64,000 nt of DNA. Source: an uncultured Candidatus Saccharibacteria bacterium. Its GTDB lineage: Bacteria; Patescibacteriota; Minisyncoccia; Sungbacterales; HO2-52-23. Below are positions 29,479-38,448 of this stretch, one piece after another (the stretch's first letter is position 1; each line of letters starts with the position of its first letter). A program made the position numbers and the translations under genes. Below the pieces are notes generated by a model. That model did no database searches. It saw only the letters and a list, made by a program, of their open reading frames with translations, and was not told the DNA's origin. Location: positions 7,983 to 71,982 of the forward strand of contig CAZPDF010000003.1 in assembly GCA_964585475.1 (NCBI GenBank), in the 5' to 3' direction.

Positions 29479-30218
29479 TGAATCCATTCAATTTTGTCTA
29501 CACAGAATTTCTATGGCGCCCGTTATTTAACGGGCTCGTTTGGCTCTATGCGGTTATTCCGCCGCACGATCTTGGCCTGGCCATTGTTATCCTAACGGTC
29601 CTGATTCGGGCTATCCTCACCCCCCTGCTTCTTCGTGCACAGAAATCACAGCGCGACTTTGCGCGCCTTCAGGGCGAGATCAAGCAGATCCAGGAAAAAT
29701 TTAAAGGGCATCGTGATGCTCAGGGAAAAGCAACAATGGAGCTTTACCAGCGTGAAAAGGTAAACCCCTTTTCGGGCTGTCTTATGGTACTTATTCAGGG
29801 CCTCGTGCTCTTTACTCTATTCCCGCTCTTTCGCCAGGCTCTGGACCCGGCCATGCTTGTCTTTCTTTACGCATTTGTGTCAAACCCCGGGCCGATGAAT
29901 ACCATAAGTTTCGGGGTTCTTGATCTTGCCCAAGCTAATCTATATTGGGGGGCGCTCGCGGCGGTAAGCCTCTATTTCCAAACCAAACTCGGCGCTCCGG
30001 CTCTTCCCGCCGCCTCCGGCCCGAACGATTTTTCCCGCATGCTGCAGAAGCAGATGCTCTACATGCTGCCGGTTATGATTTTCTTCTTTTCGATGAGTCT
30101 TCCCGTCGCCATCACGCTTTACTGGACAATTTTAAACATTCTTGGTATCGTGCAGGAGATCCTAGTACGCAAGTTCCAAATTCCAAGCGCCAAAGTACAA
30201 ACAAATTCCAAGACCTAA
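29478..30218 (+). CDS. yidC: Membrane protein insertase YidC/Oxa1
   Basis: DLGLAIVILTVLIRAIL, KVNPFSGCL, LYW. Confidence 0.93.
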   Translation: MNPFNFVYTEFLWRPLFNGLVWLYAVIPPHDLGLAIVILTVLIRAILTPLLLRAQKSQRDFARLQGEIKQIQEKFKGHRDAQGKATMELYQREKVNPFSGCLMVLIQGLVLFTLFPLFRQALDPAMLVFLYAFVSNPGPMNTISFGVLDLAQANLYWGALAAVSLYFQTKLGAPALPAASGPNDFSRMLQKQMLYMLPVMIFFFSMSLPVAITLYWTILNILGIVQEILVRKFQIPSAKVQTNSKT

Positions 30219-30302
30219 GGCCTAAATTCCAGACACGTTTCGAAACCAGAGCGTTAGAATTTCGGTATTGTTTGTGATTTGGAATTTGTGATTCTGGATT
30301 TT
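30170..30302. repeat. Inverted heptamer array overlapping the yidC 3' end
   Basis: ttccaaattccaagcgccaaa.. / ..tttgtgatttggaatttgtgattctggattt. Confidence 0.75.
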
Positions 30303-30309
30303 AAGGAAG

Positions 30310-30765
30310 ATGGACCCGGAAATTATAAAAAACGAAATTAAGGAGGTGCTCGACAAAATGAGTTACGGCGAAGAGCTTGAAGCGATTGAGGCCCACCAAG
30401 GCACCACCAGCCGTTTTAGTGTGCGCGTCCGAGGAGAGGCCAATATGCTGATTGGCGAGCACGGAGCGAACCTCGCGGCCCTCGAGCATGTTTTGAAAAA
30501 AATAATTCAGAAAAAATACGGCGAGGGCCACAAATTTACTTTGGACATAAATGACTATCGCATGAAGCGGCTTGAGGACTTGAAGCAAGACGTAAAAGCG
30601 GCAGCGAAAGATGTAAGATTGTATCGAAAAGACGTTCCGCTGCGCGCCATGTCGTCCTTTGAGCGAAGGATTGTCCATCTTCTCCTTGCCGAATACCCCG
30701 ACATTACTACGGAATCAATCGGGCAGGAGCCGGAGCGCAGGGTGGTGATAAGGCCGTATCCATAA
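30310..30765 (+). CDS. jag: Jag/KhpB KH-R3H RNA-binding protein
   Basis: LIGEHGANLAALEH, LDINDYR, MSSFERRIVH, TESIGQEPERRVVI. Confidence 0.92.
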   Translation: MDPEIIKNEIKEVLDKMSYGEELEAIEAHQGTTSRFSVRVRGEANMLIGEHGANLAALEHVLKKIIQKKYGEGHKFTLDINDYRMKRLEDLKQDVKAAAKDVRLYRKDVPLRAMSSFERRIVHLLLAEYPDITTESIGQEPERRVVIRPYP

Positions 30766-30767
30766 AA

Positions 30768-30860
30768 TCCGCTGAATCATACGCGGATAGGTACGCTGAA
30801 AAGAAAAACGCTGATACTGATCAGCGTAAATTCGGCGTATTTATGCGTCTTATCGGCGGT
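30768..30860. repeat. Inverted array of CGCTGA/TCAGCG periodic repeats
   Basis: cgctga..cgcgga..cgctga..cgctga then tcagcg..tcggcg..atgcg..tcggcg. Confidence 0.75.
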
Positions 30861-32053
30861 TATTTTAATTTCAAACTCCACAATGTTCCGTCTCTGCGAT
30901 CGACGAACATAAGCCAATCCTTATTTTTAGTTACTGCAAGCTCCGATACGTCAAAATTGCCCTCCTCGAACACCGAAACCACTTCGTTTTTGTCCGGTAC
31001 TATGCGTACGATTCTGTCCGAAGTATTGATTTCCCCGCGCAAATAATCATCCGGCCAGAGTGCCGAGAAGGGAATTTCTTTAGGAACGGCGCAATATATT
31101 TCTTTTGCGTCGGCAAATATACATTTGGAAGCGATAGTTCGAATGCCGTCGAGGGGTGATAACAGCTTACCCGAGGAGTCATATAGCGCAAGATCCGGGT
31201 TTTTCCCGGCCAGGTCGGTTAAGGATACTAAAACTCGTGTCCCGTCATTGGACCAGCGCGACATAAGCCCCCGCAGGGGCCCCACGATTTTTGTGAGCGG
31301 CGTTGTCCGGGTGAACGTGAATAAAAATCCGTCGGCCAGGCCGGAGGGTGCGGTCTCAAGCGCAAATTTGCCTGCGGGTAGCGCGGAAAGCTCACCGTCA
31401 AAAACCGGAAGAGCGGCTATGGCCTGATTGTTTTTTCCGGAGGAAGCGACAATGACTAGTTTCATCCCTTCGCCATCGGTGAGAAGATAGACGGCGGTTT
31501 TTCCATCCGGCGCCCACGCAAAACTTTTTATATCCTGCGGCAGAGTGGCGACGGAGGAAGTTCCTATGTGCAGAAACCCTTTTAGCGTTTCGCCGTCAAG
31601 ATAAAATACTGCGGCGCGATCTCGGGCAGGTGACCAGAGCGCTTCGGTGATTCCTACGATGGTCAGGTTGGATATTTTTTCCTGGGGTTGGCCGTTGGGG
31701 GCGGAGGACAAGAGGTCCCCGCCGTCTTTTTTATAGAAAAGTATTTTGTCCTCTTTGGCGTTGAACGAAGCGCCGATTACCGGAAAATCAGTAAGCCGGA
31801 ACAATTTTCCTTCCAGGGTTTTCGGAATTTCAAATTCTACAGATTCTTCCCCGGCCGGAGAAGTGCCCGGCTCTGGGGCCCGTCCTCCCAAGGGCGAGGG
31901 CAATTTGCCGGCAACGCCACTTTCTTCCTGCGAGCCCCCCCGTTCGGTGGCGGCCGGCAATAAAAATTGATAGGCAAGAAACCCAAGACCCGCAAGAATA
32001 AGAATTCCTACCGCCCCATATATTATTAATTTTTTGCGTTGTAGCATTTCCAT
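30860..32053 (-). CDS. Membrane-anchored beta-propeller (TolB-like) protein
   Basis: N-terminal TM; repeated WSP/WAPDG/WSNDG motifs. Confidence 0.65.
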   Translation of the reverse strand: MEMLQRKKLIIYGAVGILILAGLGFLAYQFLLPAATERGGSQEESGVAGKLPSPLGGRAPEPGTSPAGEESVEFEIPKTLEGKLFRLTDFPVIGASFNAKEDKILFYKKDGGDLLSSAPNGQPQEKISNLTIVGITEALWSPARDRAAVFYLDGETLKGFLHIGTSSVATLPQDIKSFAWAPDGKTAVYLLTDGEGMKLVIVASSGKNNQAIAALPVFDGELSALPAGKFALETAPSGLADGFLFTFTRTTPLTKIVGPLRGLMSRWSNDGTRVLVSLTDLAGKNPDLALYDSSGKLLSPLDGIRTIASKCIFADAKEIYCAVPKEIPFSALWPDDYLRGEINTSDRIVRIVPDKNEVVSVFEEGNFDVSELAVTKNKDWLMFVDRRDGTLWSLKLK

Positions 32054-32065
32054 GGAAAAGTGTTT

Positions 32066-32548
32066 CTAAGGGCAGAACCCCGAAGCCGGAGCTGGCATGG
32101 GCGCCCCGGCCGGCTGGAGGCAGCGTAGATTTTGTACCCACCCGGCTCCGCCAACCAGGTCCGGGTTAATGGTGAACAGGATAAGATAGGAAAGCAGGGC
32201 AAGAACTAACCCCAATACGGCATTGCCCATATAATCGCGTGCGGTTTTGGCGCGCGACTCGCTGTCTCCGGCCGTAAGGTACATAATTCCTCCGATGACG
32301 AGCATGATGAGTGCGGAAATACCCACCAAACTTAAACCGAAGACATAGAGGCGGGCGAATATCTGTCCTATATCAAGCCCAACGTTTAGGAACTCAAGTC
32401 CCGGAACTTGCGCTTGCGCAATTGCGGCGAGTTCCACACAATGCCCTCCACCGCCGTTTCGGCAGGCGGCATCTACCCCAGAGCCATAAACGAATGCCGT
32501 AAAGAGGAGTACCGCGGCACCTAGATAAAAAATAGTTTTTTTCGTCAT
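32066..32548 (-). CDS. CPR-type pilin (VirB2/TrbC-like)
   Basis: ALIMLVIGGIMYLTAG..AKTAR..NAVLGLVLALLSYLILFTINPDL. Confidence 0.8.
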   Translation of the reverse strand: MTKKTIFYLGAAVLLFTAFVYGSGVDAACRNGGGGHCVELAAIAQAQVPGLEFLNVGLDIGQIFARLYVFGLSLVGISALIMLVIGGIMYLTAGDSESRAKTARDYMGNAVLGLVLALLSYLILFTINPDLVGGAGWVQNLRCLQPAGAPMPAPASGFCP

Positions 32549-33801
32549 TGCAGTATTAGGTCTATTATTTTTTCCGCCGGAGGAGCAAAGGAATTATTGC
32601 GCCCGATGCGTAAAGTTACCGAAGTTTTTCTGGCGGGCTGATTTTGGGTATCCACCGTAAGAAGGTGCGCATTTTCCGGAGAGCCGCTGATCTCATTTCC
32701 TCCGACATCCCAGACATAAGTAAGACTTTTTCTAGAGGTTACCGGAAAGAAAAATGGCTCCGCGATAAAATCCACCAGACCCCTTGTATCCGACGCAAAC
32801 GCGAAAATAGCTCGTCGCGTCTCAATGCCGCCAAGAGGCGAGGAACCATATATAACGGCGCGAGGGGTATAGGCGGGAACGAAGATTGTTTTTTCTTTGC
32901 GAATTCGCTTATTTGCGTCTTCAACGGTCAGACGGATAACGTGTGACGCGCCCGGCAAATCGGCCATTTGCACACGGAATATTTGTCTACCTACGCCAGC
33001 AAGCACGGGTTTTTGTTCGTCCAGCCCCCAACGGTAGATGAGAGTTTCCGGGCGCAGCATAACACCGCCCATTACAAATTGCGGAATTGCCGTAATCGCA
33101 ACCACTGATCCTTGCGAAGGCAGGGTCCTGCCTTTGTACCACTTGGGAACGTATGTTTCGGCGGACCACGTAACCGCGAGGTCGGATACGCGGATGGTGA
33201 GCGAGGCAGAATTTATTGTACCGTCCGGCCGCGACACGCGCACGTTCAGGGTTTCGGCTGATCCAACCCCGCCGGCAGTAAGGGCAAAGGTGTGTTTGCC
33301 GGGCCCGGAGAGATCGGAGCGGAAAACGCCGTTTACCGTCCAGGAGAAAGTTGCAAAATTCCTGTCGTAGGTCGGCATTCGCGCTTCAACCGTTATGGTT
33401 TCGCCAGGGGAAGGAGAACTTGGCGTAGCGACCACCAAGAGCGGTTCCTTAAGCTCCGAGAGCACAGAAGGATTAAATACATCCGACGGGACAGGAAAAG
33501 CGCTGGAAGGAACCTGGGGAGAGGTAGTGCCAAAAAGAGCCGAAAAGTCGGGGAGGGTTTGGGCGGACACAGCAAGGGCCACCAGGAGTCCCGCCGCCGC
33601 CAAGGCCGTTATCCACGCCCCAGAAGACCACGGGCTTGCCCGCGGACGAGTGGGTCTTCTGGAGGCGGGATTCCGCCCCTCGGCCAAGCCTGCAGGGCCT
33701 GACCGTAACGCAGGGGCACCACGGGCTTGCCCGAGGGGCTCCATTTTTGAAACCTTACGCATGTTCATATTTATTATACTTCCAAAAAGACCCGGCGTCA
33801 T
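32545..33801 (-). CDS. Secreted protein with Ig-like domains; N-terminus contains palindromic insertions
   Basis: Signal-like segment, beta-rich repeats (WTVNG, YRW, YVW). Confidence 0.6.
   Translation of the reverse strand: MTPGLFGSIINMNMRKVSKMEPLGQARGAPALRSGPAGLAEGRNPASRRPTRPRASPWSSGAWITALAAAGLLVALAVSAQTLPDFSALFGTTSPQVPSSAFPVPSDVFNPSVLSELKEPLLVVATPSSPSPGETITVEARMPTYDRNFATFSWTVNGVFRSDLSGPGKHTFALTAGGVGSAETLNVRVSRPDGTINSASLTIRVSDLAVTWSAETYVPKWYKGRTLPSQGSVVAITAIPQFVMGGVMLRPETLIYRWGLDEQKPVLAGVGRQIFRVQMADLPGASHVIRLTVEDANKRIRKEKTIFVPAYTPRAVIYGSSPLGGIETRRAIFAFASDTRGLVDFIAEPFFFPVTSRKSLTYVWDVGGNEISGSPENAHLLTVDTQNQPARKTSVTLRIGRNNSFAPPAEKIIDLILQ
33619..33742. repeat. Composite CCACGGGCTTGCCCGYGG palindromes
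   Basis: Two copies plus ccagaagacc/ggtcttctgg arms; homologs at 37436 and 58217. Confidence 0.8.
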
Positions 33802-35633
33802 TAGGCCTTCGCGCCGGCCGCAAATTCCTCTTTGGCCTTTTTAATAAGTAAAAGCTGGGCCGGGTCAGAGGTAATAATCTGGTCTTCGGTGTAGGACCCG
33901 ATTACTTTTATCGCCACGTGCTTCAATCCGGCAAAGAATATTCCTTCCCCCCGCTCTGATTCAAGCAGGAGGAATTTTTCCTCCTCGGTCAGGTTGAAGG
34001 TTTGCATGACGAAATCAATGGTGGCGGGAGACTGCCGAAGAAGCATCTGCATGGAGGAATTGGTGATAATCGGTTTTCCGTAGGGAGAGTTAAAAAAGTC
34101 GCCCACGTCCTGCGTGACCGTGGTGAGCCCGAGATAGTACTTGCGTGCTCTTTTGGCAATGCCGAAAAGAAAAGATGCCCCGTCCTCGTGTTTCATCAAC
34201 CACCAGGCCTCGTCCACCACGAGGATCCTTTTTTTCAGGCGCGTGCGTATCTCGTTCCAAATAAACCGCAAGATAAGGAATATTCCCACCGCCCGCAGTT
34301 CGTCCTCCATGTCTCTTACGGAGAACACCACCAAGCGATTATTCATCTCGATATTGGTCGGCTGGTTGAAGAAGCCGGACCAGGTCCCGGTGGTGTATTT
34401 TTTCAGGCGCATCGCAAGATTTTCTCCGCCGGCGGTTGAGGCCAGAATCAGTTCAAGATCCGATAGGATCGGCGGAGTGATTTTCGAAAAGTCGGATTCA
34501 GGCGTGATGTCCCGCGAGGCGTAGGTTTCAGTAATTGCTTGATCAAGTATGGCATCCTCCTCGGCGGTGATCCCCCCCAGCATAATCCGGAAAAGCCCGA
34601 CCAAGTTTATGATGTTTGATCGGAGAACGTCTGACGGCGATTCATCCTCCCGAGGGACCGGAAGATCAAAAGGGTTTATGTGGTGTTTGGATGTAAGGGA
34701 GATGCCGATGTAGGAGCCGCCGACAACCTGCGCCAGATACTCATATTCTCGCTCGGGATCAATAACGATGACATCCGTATCCCACATAAGAGAGCGGATG
34801 ATTTCGAGCTTCATCAAATAGCTTTTTCCACCGCCGGAAATCCCGAAGATTACGGAATTGGCGTTGGGCAACGAGAATCGGTCAAAAAGTATCAAGCTGT
34901 TATTGTGGCGATTGATTCCGTAGAGAATGCCTTTATTTGAAGTAAGGTCAAACGACACAAACGGGAAAGTTGACGAAACGGGTGAAGAGTTGAGGTAGGT
35001 GTTGATTCCGAGTTTGTCGATGTTTAACGGGAGGACGGACTGGAAGCCCTCGGTCTGTTGGAAGAGGGCTGGCTTGGTATAGACCAGGCGCGACTCAAAA
35101 AGGGATTTAATTTCCGATTCGGTTTTATTTAGTTCCTGCTCCGAATAGCCGTAGATCGTAATATATAGGCCGAAGTTAAAAATTCTCTCAGTGGCCTGCT
35201 GGAGTTTGTCGCGGAGCTCCTCAAGGTCCTGGTGGGCGGTGTCCAGTATGGGGTCGCGGACGAGGCCCTTCTCCTCGCGCGCCGCAATCTGGGAACCCAC
35301 CTGCGCGACTTTACGGCGGAGCGTCTTTAGCATTGATCCGGTATCCACCGGATGGATGAACATAGAGACGTCGAATATTTTATCCAGATTTATAACGGGG
35401 CTGAACCAGGCCGTATGGAGGTAGCGCGGATAGGCGAAGATGAAAATGGTTCTGGCAAGTTTAGCTCCGAGGCGAATAAACGTCGGGTTGACTTCAAGCG
35501 CAGAGGGGGAGAGAACGTCTTTTAACGCAAGTTCGCCGGCCCGGTATATTTCTTCCGGGAAAACAGCAAAAATCTCCGATTCCGGATCTTTTTTAGTTTT
35601 AGTTCCAAAGAGTGAAACCACGAATATGTGCAC
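33801..35633 (-). CDS. VirB4/TraC-like ATPase
   Basis: FGISGGGKS Walker A, VIDPEREY, VVDEAW Walker B, KRARKY, TQD. Confidence 0.9.
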   Translation of the reverse strand: MHIFVVSLFGTKTKKDPESEIFAVFPEEIYRAGELALKDVLSPSALEVNPTFIRLGAKLARTIFIFAYPRYLHTAWFSPVINLDKIFDVSMFIHPVDTGSMLKTLRRKVAQVGSQIAAREEKGLVRDPILDTAHQDLEELRDKLQQATERIFNFGLYITIYGYSEQELNKTESEIKSLFESRLVYTKPALFQQTEGFQSVLPLNIDKLGINTYLNSSPVSSTFPFVSFDLTSNKGILYGINRHNNSLILFDRFSLPNANSVIFGISGGGKSYLMKLEIIRSLMWDTDVIVIDPEREYEYLAQVVGGSYIGISLTSKHHINPFDLPVPREDESPSDVLRSNIINLVGLFRIMLGGITAEEDAILDQAITETYASRDITPESDFSKITPPILSDLELILASTAGGENLAMRLKKYTTGTWSGFFNQPTNIEMNNRLVVFSVRDMEDELRAVGIFLILRFIWNEIRTRLKKRILVVDEAWWLMKHEDGASFLFGIAKRARKYYLGLTTVTQDVGDFFNSPYGKPIITNSSMQMLLRQSPATIDFVMQTFNLTEEEKFLLLESERGEGIFFAGLKHVAIKVIGSYTEDQIITSDPAQLLLIKKAKEEFAAGAKA

Positions 35634-35676
35634 TAGTTATTCACCAATAACACTAATTTACGACCTTTCTATATCC

Positions 35677-35806
35677 CGAGACCGTAGAAGAACCCATCTT
35701 TAGTTATCCTGAACGCAGTGAAGGATCTTTATTCCTCGGTATATCATACGGTTGAGGTGCTTCGCTTCGCTCAGCATGACATTTTGAGACTCTTTTCTAC
35801 GGTTTC
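35677..35806. mobile_element. MITE-like element containing a GTCATCCTGA-family palindrome
   Basis: Outer gagaccgtagaa/ttctacggtttc; inner gttatcctgaacgcagtgaagga..cttcgcttcgctcagcatgac. Confidence 0.7.
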
Positions 35807-35837
35807 ATCTTATCCCCGATCTGGTACATGTTCGTGG

Positions 35838-36482
35838 CTAGCTTGCGGCAGTTACCACTGCTTTCTCAAACTCCGTCGGGTTATAGAGCCCGTAGAATAG
35901 CTCGATCAGTTCCTCTGTATTCAGCGGGGCCGAGCGCACGCCAACCCGCTGGAGCCCTGCCACCACCGTATCTACCCTCTGCCAGAGCTGATTTTTGTGT
36001 TCTTCAAAAGAATCTCCTGTCCCGCCCGCCGTTTCTTTTTTGGCCAGGCCCAAGGCGGAGGTGAGTCCGCCGAGTATCCCTTTTTGTTCGAGCATCGGGG
36101 GGGTAAAGGGCACGACGGCGTAGAAAGTTTTGGACATGATGTTGGTCATCTCCACGAACGTTTTTATAAATTCCATGTATTCGGTAACCTGTATTTTTAA
36201 AAGTTCGTTGTCCTCCTCTTTCTGTCGTGTCTGTAGTGACTCAAGGTAGGGCGCGACGTTAAGGCGTCGCGAATGGACCACAAATTGCAGCGGAAAGTCG
36301 AGGGAATTCAAAAAATTCTGGTATTGGAAAATAATCGCGTCCTGTTCATCGCTTGATTTGAGAGCGAAGTTTAGCGAGGAGCACATAAGAATTACGCGAA
36401 GCCCGCCGTCTTTTAAGATGGCCGTGTCTTCCCGAACGGTTTCAATCGCCAAAAATTGTTGGGCTGATGCGCCAGTGGGCAT
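35838..36482 (-). CDS. VirB4/TraC N-terminal-like protein of the CPR T4SS-like cluster
   Basis: NFALKSSDEQ, FLNSLDFPLQ, LNTEELIELFY. Confidence 0.75.
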   Translation of the reverse strand: MPTGASAQQFLAIETVREDTAILKDGGLRVILMCSSLNFALKSSDEQDAIIFQYQNFLNSLDFPLQFVVHSRRLNVAPYLESLQTRQKEEDNELLKIQVTEYMEFIKTFVEMTNIMSKTFYAVVPFTPPMLEQKGILGGLTSALGLAKKETAGGTGDSFEEHKNQLWQRVDTVVAGLQRVGVRSAPLNTEELIELFYGLYNPTEFEKAVVTAAS

Positions 36483-36527
36483 ACGCGAATATTAAACGAA
36501 TTATTTAACGAATAAGAACTAATAAAT

Positions 36528-36905
36528 TTAGGGACGGTGGACGATCCGCTTGTAACGGACACCGGTTTTCGAAAAAAGTGTAAGTATTCCCAAGCGCAGT
36601 TTCGCCGCCTTCAGATAGCTATAAATCTGCTTGCTGTCTTGTGCATAAAATCTGGACGCAACTTTTAATTCCAACACTATTTTATTTTCTATCAGAAAAT
36701 CTAGCCGATACTTCCCCGCCTTTTTGCCTTCGTACTCCAGCGGGATTTCGATCTCTTTTTGGTAGACCAGGCCGAGTTTATCAAATTCGTGGGCAAGCGC
36801 GCGCTGATAATACTGTTCTCTATAGCCATGCCCGAGTGTATTGAAAACCTTGAAAATCGCCCCAATTATTTTATAACTTAGTTCTTTATACAAGATTTCG
36901 GGCAT
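36528..36905 (-). CDS. GxxExxY protein (PD-(D/E)xK nuclease-like)
   Basis: LSYKIIGA..V..LGHGYREQYYQRAL, YRLDFLIENKIVLELK, Q..SYLK. Confidence 0.9.
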   Translation of the reverse strand: MPEILYKELSYKIIGAIFKVFNTLGHGYREQYYQRALAHEFDKLGLVYQKEIEIPLEYEGKKAGKYRLDFLIENKIVLELKVASRFYAQDSKQIYSYLKAAKLRLGILTLFSKTGVRYKRIVHRP

Positions 36906-36939
36906 TTATTCGTTGGGATTCGTTTTGAAAATTAGTTCA

Positions 36940-37374
36940 TTATTCGCGTCTTGGTTCTTGCGTTTTCTCTTTAATATCTAAACTCCAGGCCAGATCATTA
37001 AGTTTGGATTCCGAAAGCTTGGGGATGTTTTTTATAAGGACCTCCGGTTTTTTTAATCTTTCCTCCGGTTTGGCTTTTTTGGAGGGCGGCTCCTTTTTCC
37101 AGAGGTAGAGACGCGGGCGAATCAGATAGAGCGCCGCGCTTTTTAGAATTATCGGAAAGGGCTGCTCATTTAACTTAAGGAACGCGAGGGAACCGGCCAG
37201 CGAGCCGATGATAAGGGCTGTTAGGTAGAACAGGAACCCGGTGAAGAATCGCGAGGCGATGAAAATAAGGACGGCCCCGGCCCCGAGATAAAAAAACTGT
37301 TTTATCGTGAAGGGGCCGATAACCTTGTCCTCGACCGTAATAAATTGCGGAACCTGATACTGCCTCATAAGCAA
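36940..37374 (-). CDS. PrgI family protein (VirB3-like)
   Basis: QYQVPQFITVEDKVIGPFTIKQF, 2 TM helices, PRLYLWKK. Confidence 0.85.
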   Translation of the reverse strand: MLMRQYQVPQFITVEDKVIGPFTIKQFFYLGAGAVLIFIASRFFTGFLFYLTALIIGSLAGSLAFLKLNEQPFPIILKSAALYLIRPRLYLWKKEPPSKKAKPEERLKKPEVLIKNIPKLSESKLNDLAWSLDIKEKTQEPRRE

Positions 37375-37477
37375 ACAAGAATATAGAACTTAGGTCTTAG
37401 AACCGGTTACGACTTTCTTATATTATCGCAGAGTTCCACGGGCTTGCCCGTGGGTATCTACATTCTCTCCGCGGCTA

Positions 37478-38437
37478 TTACTCCATCGGTTCTTTATAAG
37501 GATCATGCCCGGGGCCCTTCTCGGTAAATGGACGCTGCTCTCTCTCTACTTCTTCCGGCGCTCCGGGCATTTTTGGCGCCGCCGTTGTCTCGGGTTTTTT
37601 TTCCGGCGCGGGCGAGCGGCGAAGGGCAGAGAATATGTCTTCTTCGCGTTTCAAGGGGTCGGGTGCGGCCGGTTTAGCTTGCTGCTGGTCTCTGCCCGAC
37701 TGTCTTAAATCAAGCGGTGGAACTTTGGAGGCGCCAAAGGGAGACGGTGTTGGTTTTTCTTCTGCGGCGTTTCGCGTAGAGGATTCTCTGCCCTCGCGAT
37801 ACGGATCAAAACCCCCGTACGGAGATTTTTTTGGAGGGGGCGGGACAGCCGGCGTAACAGGAGATCCGGCTGGCTTTATTTCTTGAGCGGGGGGCTTGGG
37901 CGTCTCCGGCTTTTTTGGTACGGGCGCTGGAGAAGGCGGTACTGCTGTTGCGGCCGCGGAACTAATCGCGCTTGGTTTTTGCTGTCGCAGGTCAATAGGA
38001 GAAACCCTAGACGATGCTGGCGGAGGTTGCGATTCTTGGGTCTTTGGTGGCGAAACAACGGCATGCCTTACCAACACCTCGGACTTCTGTATTTCCTCCT
38101 CGGTCATCTCCACCTGATGAGCGGAGCGTAGGGCCTCGCGCAGGGGGTAGAAAATTTGGTGGTTTATCTCCGAGGCGATTTTTTTAGCCGTGTCCGCGTC
38201 AACGATAAGCGTACTTGCAAGCGCCTGGACAAATTCGCGGGGCTTGGTGAGCCCCATGATTACCAGCCCCGTCTCCCCGGCCGCGGCCCCCCGTTTTTCG
38301 GTGGTGAGCCCAAATTTCTTGCCGATTTCATATAGCTTATCTGCGCCTTCCACGCTTAACAAAGCGTCCTTCAGGACTTCGGGAAGTTTTTTAAATTGCT
38401 CTTCAAGCTCCTCTTTTTTGTAAGGTTTGTTTACCAT
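37478..38437 (-). CDS. Hypothetical protein with Pro-rich C-terminus and DPYRE/DPYKE motifs
   Basis: Conserved-looking N-terminal domain plus low-complexity tail. Confidence 0.65.
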   Translation of the reverse strand: MVNKPYKKEELEEQFKKLPEVLKDALLSVEGADKLYEIGKKFGLTTEKRGAAAGETGLVIMGLTKPREFVQALASTLIVDADTAKKIASEINHQIFYPLREALRSAHQVEMTEEEIQKSEVLVRHAVVSPPKTQESQPPPASSRVSPIDLRQQKPSAISSAAATAVPPSPAPVPKKPETPKPPAQEIKPAGSPVTPAVPPPPKKSPYGGFDPYREGRESSTRNAAEEKPTPSPFGASKVPPLDLRQSGRDQQQAKPAAPDPLKREEDIFSALRRSPAPEKKPETTAAPKMPGAPEEVEREQRPFTEKGPGHDPYKEPME

Positions 38438-38448
38438 TGGATTCGGGA

